Virus record (IMG/VR): IMGVR_UViG_3300030102_006261
Span: 78,161 to 142,160 of that record
Direction: 5' to 3' (one strand)
Source of the DNA: a virus
Length of the DNA: 64,000 nt
Shown: one piece after another, positions 59,228-64,000 of the stretch
Layout: each line of letters opens with the position of its first letter
Position numbering within the stretch: the first letter of the stretch is position 1
Position numbers and translations under genes: made by a program
Notes under the pieces: generated by a model
Seen by the model: only the letters and a program-made list of their open reading frames with translations
Database searches by the model: none
Told to the model about the DNA's origin: nothing

Positions 59228-61417
59228 TCATGCGATGATGTCGATGAAGCGGTTGAGCATGGCACGAGAGGTGCCAGTCTGCTTCATAGCCTTGACGAAG
59301 CTGTTGCGGATCTTGGTGATGGTCACACCGTCCTCGTCAGCACGACCGATGCTGTCGAAGGCATCTGCGTTCTGAACCGTGTTCTTGCCGAACATGATGA
59401 ACCGCTCGTCGAAGCCCTGCTTGCCATCATCTGTGGCAACAGTCCACTTCTCCTTCTTGAACTGAGCCACCTGACGCTCTCGTTCGAGGGTGTTCTCGCT
59501 GAGGTCAACGTACCAGGCTCGGTTGATGTTCTTCTTCTCGGTCAGGAAGAACTGGATCAGCCGAGTCCCGCTCTTGTGGCGGAGGACATCCAGAGCCTGC
59601 TCGGTGGTACGAGTCGAGCTTCTTCTGGACTGGCGGAAGTATCGGAAGCCGTCTCGGATGGTATGACAATCAGCCGGCTGACTGGTGGTGGCACCATCGG
59701 AGATGATCAGGGTGTTCATCACTTCGATGCCGTTCTCTGCACGATACTTGGGCAACCAGTTGGTGGCAGTCCAGATGGCATCGTCGAGAGGAGTAGCACC
59801 AAGACGGTCGTTGTACCGGGTGGTGAGGTTGGATCTCCACCCATAGGTCTCGGACATGATCGCGACTCGCTTGCAGGCATCGAAGAACCGCTGCTTGGGC
59901 ATACGAGACGAGAGGTAGTTCCGCATGATCAGACCGGTACCGCAGATCTTCTCACCAGTGTCGGCATCAGTGAAGTGAATGCCGCTGTCTCTGCCGTCCC
60001 AGTACGACTGTCTGCGTTCCTGATCCACGTTCGAGAAGGAGTACATCTCGAAGGGGATGTTGATCATGCGGCAGAACATCGCCATCTGAATAGCCTGTCG
60101 GATGGTATCCTTCATCACCTGCTCCATGCTCTGGGACCAGTCAACGAGGATCAGCAGCCCATGGTTCTTACCGTCTGGCATGATGGTAGTCTTGCGGAAG
60201 ATGTCCTCGGACCACTTGTAGTTGACCATCTTCTGCATGTCCAGAACACCAGTCTTGGCAACAGTAGCACGGCGGAACGCAACGGCTTTCTGCTTGCGGA
60301 GGAACTCCTGAGCCATGGCACGGCAAGTCTTGCGAGACTCGTCAAGGAAGCGGTCAACCTCGTCGAGAATACCGATAGGCGTGTTGTCATCTCTGTAGTA
60401 GCCATCGACGCTGCCACCTTCATCCTGCTTGCCGTTGTAGAGAGTGGTCCAGTCCTGCATGACTTCCTCCGGCTTGATCGTCAGAGGTCCACAGAACGAA
60501 TCGGTCATCCCATTGTAACGATCGCGGAGGAGGTCCACGTTCTGCTCGAACTTCTGCTGAGTCTCGGACCGCTCGATCTTGTTGGACTGATCAGGCGCGG
60601 TGGGAGTGGACTGGTCGTCACCGATGGTGGGTGACTGCGGCGCATCATCGTCGGTGACATCACCACCACCAGAGGCAGACTCATCGTCACCCTTGTCAGC
60701 CATGCTGTCACCAGAGCCATCAGTGTCACCAGTCTCGACATCATCCATGTCCATGGTGGTCGAGTCATCGCTCTCGTCTGCCGACTGCTCGTCCTCCTGT
60801 TCGTCCTCAGGCAGGGAACCAACGTAGTCGAGGATGGCATCGGCACAGTCGAGGATGTCATCCCATGACTCAGCGGCATCGATCTGATCGATGAACGGCT
60901 GCTCGATGGTGGCAAAGTCGATGCAAGCACCAACGGTGCCAGCCTTGTAGTGCAGGTTGATGCGGTCGATGAACTGCATGGCAGCAACCTTGTCATCCTG
61001 AAGGGCATTCTCACCGAAGAAGCCACGCTCGATCAGATCGTTGTATGCCGTGATGAAGTCACGGCGAAGACCGGGGAACTTCTGCTTCATGAGCCGCTCG
61101 ATACGAGCATCCTCGACCACATTGATGTAGTCCTTGGCAACCATGACATCAACGCTGTGCTTGGCTGCGAGATCCTGAACGGCATCGATGTCAGCAGGAG
61201 TGTACAGGGCATGTCCAACCTCATGTGCCACGAGCATGTCGTAGAGGCTGTCGCTCATCTCGTTCCAGCGAGGCAGGGTGAGTACACGGCTCTGGGTGTT
61301 GAACGATGCGGTGTGGGCTTTGCCATCGTGGAGAACGTGAATGTTCTCGGTGGCAAGCATCTTTGCGAATCGGTCCTTGGCGGTGACGTTGACGGTGTTG
61401 TTGCTGTTCTTGCTCAT
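59228..61417 (-). CDS. CobT-like protein: HExxH peptidase-like N-domain, acidic linker, VWA domain
   Basis: AHEVGHALYT, NVVEDARIE, VDWSQSM (MIDAS), GATPL, ISDG. Confidence 0.88.
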   Translation of the reverse strand: MSKNSNNTVNVTAKDRFAKMLATENIHVLHDGKAHTASFNTQSRVLTLPRWNEMSDSLYDMLVAHEVGHALYTPADIDAVQDLAAKHSVDVMVAKDYINVVEDARIERLMKQKFPGLRRDFITAYNDLIERGFFGENALQDDKVAAMQFIDRINLHYKAGTVGACIDFATIEQPFIDQIDAAESWDDILDCADAILDYVGSLPEDEQEDEQSADESDDSTTMDMDDVETGDTDGSGDSMADKGDDESASGGGDVTDDDAPQSPTIGDDQSTPTAPDQSNKIERSETQQKFEQNVDLLRDRYNGMTDSFCGPLTIKPEEVMQDWTTLYNGKQDEGGSVDGYYRDDNTPIGILDEVDRFLDESRKTCRAMAQEFLRKQKAVAFRRATVAKTGVLDMQKMVNYKWSEDIFRKTTIMPDGKNHGLLILVDWSQSMEQVMKDTIRQAIQMAMFCRMINIPFEMYSFSNVDQERRQSYWDGRDSGIHFTDADTGEKICGTGLIMRNYLSSRMPKQRFFDACKRVAIMSETYGWRSNLTTRYNDRLGATPLDDAIWTATNWLPKYRAENGIEVMNTLIISDGATTSQPADCHTIRDGFRYFRQSRRSSTRTTEQALDVLRHKSGTRLIQFFLTEKKNINRAWYVDLSENTLERERQVAQFKKEKWTVATDDGKQGFDERFIMFGKNTVQNADAFDSIGRADEDGVTITKIRNSFVKAMKQTGTSRAMLNRFIDIIA

Positions 61418-61423
61418 GGGTGT

Positions 61424-61451
61424 ATTTTACCACATCTCAGGGTGTACACAA
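61424..61451 (-). promoter_or_regulatory. Early promoter, leaderless
   Basis: TTGTGT-16nt-TAAAAT with TG extension, 6 nt before ATG 61417. Confidence 0.7.
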
Positions 61452-61482
61452 GGGGTATACACTGTATTCGACGAAAATAGTG

Positions 61483-61519
61483 AAAAAAAAAGTGCCTCTC
61501 GAATCGCTCCGAGAGGCAC
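61483..61519 (-). terminator. Rho-independent terminator
   Basis: gtgcctctcg/cgagaggcac stem followed by T9 on the minus strand. Confidence 0.85.
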
Positions 61520-61528
61520 CTATGAACA

Positions 61529-61633
61529 CTACACCAAATCACCATTTAGGTCTTCTTCTCCCAGAAGCTCTAATGCCTCTTCTTCAGAGAGCATCACGGG
61601 CATCCAGTCGAGCATGTCTTCAGACGTATTCAT
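61529..61633 (-). CDS. 34-aa acidic peptide
   Basis: MNTSEDMLDWMPVMLSEEEALELLGEEDLNGDLV; overlaps the upstream gene end. Confidence 0.45.
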   Translation of the reverse strand: MNTSEDMLDWMPVMLSEEEALELLGEEDLNGDLV

Positions 61634-61841
61634 CTGTCTGCCTCACTTCCACCACACGGTCGTTCTCAATCTCGTCGAGGAAGCCATCGTCGGAGTAGGC
61701 ATACGGATCTGCCTCCACCCAGATGTTGTCCTCGATCCAGGCTTCGATCTCGTCTTCGGGAATGTCATCCGGCACCTCAATCGGCACGGTGGCGGTATGA
61801 TTCCGAATCTCGGTCCATGTCATTTCGGCTTCGTACATCAT
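61620..61841 (-). CDS. Small acidic hypothetical protein
   Basis: SD GGAGG; ATGA coupling. Confidence 0.6.
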   Translation of the reverse strand: MMYEAEMTWTEIRNHTATVPIEVPDDIPEDEIEAWIEDNIWVEADPYAYSDDGFLDEIENDRVVEVRQTDEYV

Positions 61842-61963
61842 CGGTCGTCCTCCATATCGTAAAGGTCAATGTAATCGGCTTTGCTCATCTCATCACCACT
61901 CGTCTCTGCGGCACACTCGCGCCAGTAGGGGTGATCGTACTCGTAGTCAGGGTCAGGTCTCAT
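61838..61963 (-). CDS. 41-aa acidic peptide
   Basis: SD AAAGGA; MRPDPDYEYDHPYWRECAAETSGDEMSKADYIDLYDMEDDR. Confidence 0.5.
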   Translation of the reverse strand: MRPDPDYEYDHPYWRECAAETSGDEMSKADYIDLYDMEDDR

Positions 61964-61981
61964 CGTGTTCGGTCCTTTCGA

Positions 61982-63427
61982 TTAGGAATTCATTGCCATG
62001 TTGAGAATGTTCTCGCCCGTGGAGAGCTTGCGAGGATTGTAGGTCACCACTCGATCCCATCGCCCCATCTCTCGATTCTTGTGCATGTCAGAAGCCACTT
62101 CGACGGGGAGGTACCAGTACTTCCCTTCGGCATCCCACTTGGCTTCGGGGAACTCTCGTCGGAAGTCATCCTTCTGCTTGTAGGGAACATCGAGGATCAC
62201 ACGGTCACAGTTCTCCCAGCCAGCCGGGTTGTCGTACCATGCTCCCTCCTCATCAGCAGGCATGTGTACATCGGCATCCACCTTGGTGTAGAGGTTGGAG
62301 AAGGCTTCACGGGTGGACTCATCGAAACGAGCCAGAACCAGATCCACCGACTTCATGCGGTCACCGAACATGGCGAACGCCTTGACTGCATCCTCCAGGC
62401 GACGAGTCGAGATCACCTTCTCGACGGCACCCTCGGTGAAGGCTTTGCGAGTCACCTCTGCCCATGTCACCAGATTGTCGAGGAAGCCATCATCAGAGGC
62501 ACCATACTTCTCAGCCTTCTTCTTGAGGATCTTCAACTCGGTCTTCTTGGGTGCATACGCCTGATCGTAGGTGAATGCGAACCGATCAAGAAAGGCTTCG
62601 TTCTGAATGTTGGTATGGGTGAACATGCCATCATCGGAACCTTCACCCTTGGTGTTGGCAGTAGCGAACACGGTGAAGCCAGACGCAGGAGAGATCCACT
62701 CACCGGTCTTCTTGAGGAAGACACCCTTGCCCTCCAGCACAGGCTGAAGACACATGATGGGAGCCAAACCCAGATCAACCTCATCGAGGAGAAGGACAGC
62801 ACCACGCTTCATGGCTTCAACCACAGGTCCGTAGACGAACTTGGTCTCACCATTGACGAGACGGAAGCCACCCAGCAGATCATCCTCATCGGTCTGAGCC
62901 GTGATGTTGACGCGGAACATCTCACGCTTGAGCTTGGCACAACACTGCTCGATCATCGTGGTCTTGCCATTACCAGACAGTCCAGTGACGTAGACATTGG
63001 CATTGATGCCACTACGGAGAATGGACTCGACATCCTTGTGATGCCCCCATGCCACGTAGTCACGCATGACAGTAGGCACCATGGTATCAGAAACCAGAGA
63101 AAGGGCATAGCTGTTCATGTCAACAGCCTCCTGTGGAGTAGGGGTAGCAGCCACTGGAGCAGGAGCAACAGGGGAAGCCACAGCGGAAGATGAAGTGAAG
63201 GAGGAAGCCTCCGCCACGTAGTAGGTACCACGATCTGGTCCCTTACGAGAGGCATCCTGAACGATCCATGCAGGTGGATACTTCATGCCAAGGTCATTGG
63301 CAGTAGCGAGGAGTTGACCTCGGCTGTACCATACCTGACCAGTCATGTCAGTCTGCTCGGTGCCATGGGCACGGATGAGTTCACGGATGAAAGCCTCTTG
63401 CTTGGTTGTCAGTGTGGTGTTGTTCAT
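61982..63427 (-). CDS. CobS/MoxR-like AAA+ ATPase with C-terminal DUF5710-like domain
   Basis: GLSGNGKT, TDEDDLLGG, LLLDEVD, ATANTKG, NEAFLDRF, ISTRRL; LDVPYKQKD..AKWD..K.WY. Confidence 0.9.
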   Translation of the reverse strand: MNNTTLTTKQEAFIRELIRAHGTEQTDMTGQVWYSRGQLLATANDLGMKYPPAWIVQDASRKGPDRGTYYVAEASSFTSSSAVASPVAPAPVAATPTPQEAVDMNSYALSLVSDTMVPTVMRDYVAWGHHKDVESILRSGINANVYVTGLSGNGKTTMIEQCCAKLKREMFRVNITAQTDEDDLLGGFRLVNGETKFVYGPVVEAMKRGAVLLLDEVDLGLAPIMCLQPVLEGKGVFLKKTGEWISPASGFTVFATANTKGEGSDDGMFTHTNIQNEAFLDRFAFTYDQAYAPKKTELKILKKKAEKYGASDDGFLDNLVTWAEVTRKAFTEGAVEKVISTRRLEDAVKAFAMFGDRMKSVDLVLARFDESTREAFSNLYTKVDADVHMPADEEGAWYDNPAGWENCDRVILDVPYKQKDDFRREFPEAKWDAEGKYWYLPVEVASDMHKNREMGRWDRVVTYNPRKLSTGENILNMAMNS

Positions 63428-63433
63428 GCGAGT

Positions 63434-63461
63434 ATTTTACCACGCCCAGAGGACATTGCAA
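63434..63461 (-). promoter_or_regulatory. Early promoter, leaderless
   Basis: TTGCAA-16nt-TAAAAT with TG extension, 6 nt before ATG 63427. Confidence 0.75.
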
Positions 63462-63577
63462 GGGGGTAGAAGGGATATATGGGAAGAAAAGTGAAGTTTT
63501 TTTGCCTATTGTGTACGGGTCAGGGGGAAATGAAGAGGCATAAAAGAATGTGGCAATAAATGGGGGTAAGCGGCTTA

Positions 63578-63898
63578 TTACGGAGAGGCATTGGGACCTG
63601 AACCACCACTCAGTTCCCTCTCAGACCGTATGAATGCAGACGGTATCTTCTCCAGTGAGCCACACTCATCAGGTCCAATGGTACTCAGCAGGGAGATGTG
63701 GTCCTCGTCACGGTAGACCACATAGCCCACTGAGTGCATAACTGGGCAGGGTTTCTTCGCTTTCGTCAGTGTTTCACTCAGGTCGTTCCAGCCGATGTCA
63801 CCGGACTCTTCTGCGTCAATCCAGACCACCTCAGTGATCGGTAGGTCGGAGACGTTCAGCTTGTTCTTTCGTCGTGCCACTTTATGCCGCCAATTCAT
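63578..63898 (-). CDS. Conserved small phage hypothetical protein
   Basis: V.W.DA..GW..SVGYV..IP..I pattern; start uncertain. Confidence 0.6.
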   Translation of the reverse strand: MNWRHKVARRKNKLNVSDLPITEVVWIDAEESGDIGWNDLSETLTKAKKPCPVMHSVGYVVYRDEDHISLLSTIGPDECGSLEKIPSAFIRSERELSGGSGPNASP

Positions 63899-64000
63899 GA
63901 TGCGTAGACCTGACTCATAGTATATATCTCCCAGACTGGCTGAGTGGCTGGGGTACGGCGGGGGAGGCGGCAGAGGATCGCAGTGATCCCCACAGTTGAT

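Noticed and set aside
59063-60634. 523-aa plus-strand ORF
   Set aside because: Antisense shadow of the cobT-like gene caused by codon bias; no recognisable motifs
61817-63193. 458-aa plus-strand ORF
   Set aside because: Antisense shadow of the cobS-like ATPase
59228-63427. Cobalamin biosynthesis AMGs supporting NrdJ
   Set aside because: No cobN or other cob genes seen; phage cobS/cobT-like genes are common in T4-like phages regardless of RNR class
1-64000. Alternative genetic code, DGR or tRNA genes
   Set aside because: Core genes translate full length in the standard code; no reverse transcriptase, TR/VR pair or cloverleaf recognised

Overview
64 kb of a large T4-like dsDNA phage genome, with no rRNA, tRNA, CRISPR array or IS element recognised. 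From left to right: (1) 1-10.4 kb, an AT-rich sugar-modification and glycosyltransferase island; (2) 10.4-14 kb, collagen-like and fibre-like virion genes; (3) 14-22.6 kb, the T4-type replication core (dUTPase, gp43 polymerase, UvsX, gp40-like, gp41 helicase, gp61 primase, ThyX); (4) 22.6-33 kb, a large structural protein, class II ribonucleotide reductase, a porin, a RuvC-like resolvase and a dockerin-bearing exported protein; (5) 33-57.7 kb, a minus-strand late block of probable capsid-packaged proteins, a LysM-lysozyme and a 3218-aa Cys-rich protein; (6) 57.8-64 kb, a GC-richer block with the CobT/CobS-like pair. Several protein motifs suggest a Planctomycetota (Phycisphaerae-like) host, which is inference. 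The most novel signal is non-coding. Two minus-strand structured RNAs display loops complementary to the 16S rRNA 3' end, and a separately promoted plus-strand small RNA resembles the 16S tail and is complementary to both. Four early or middle genes appear leaderless. All assignments come from motif recognition by eye; no searches were run.
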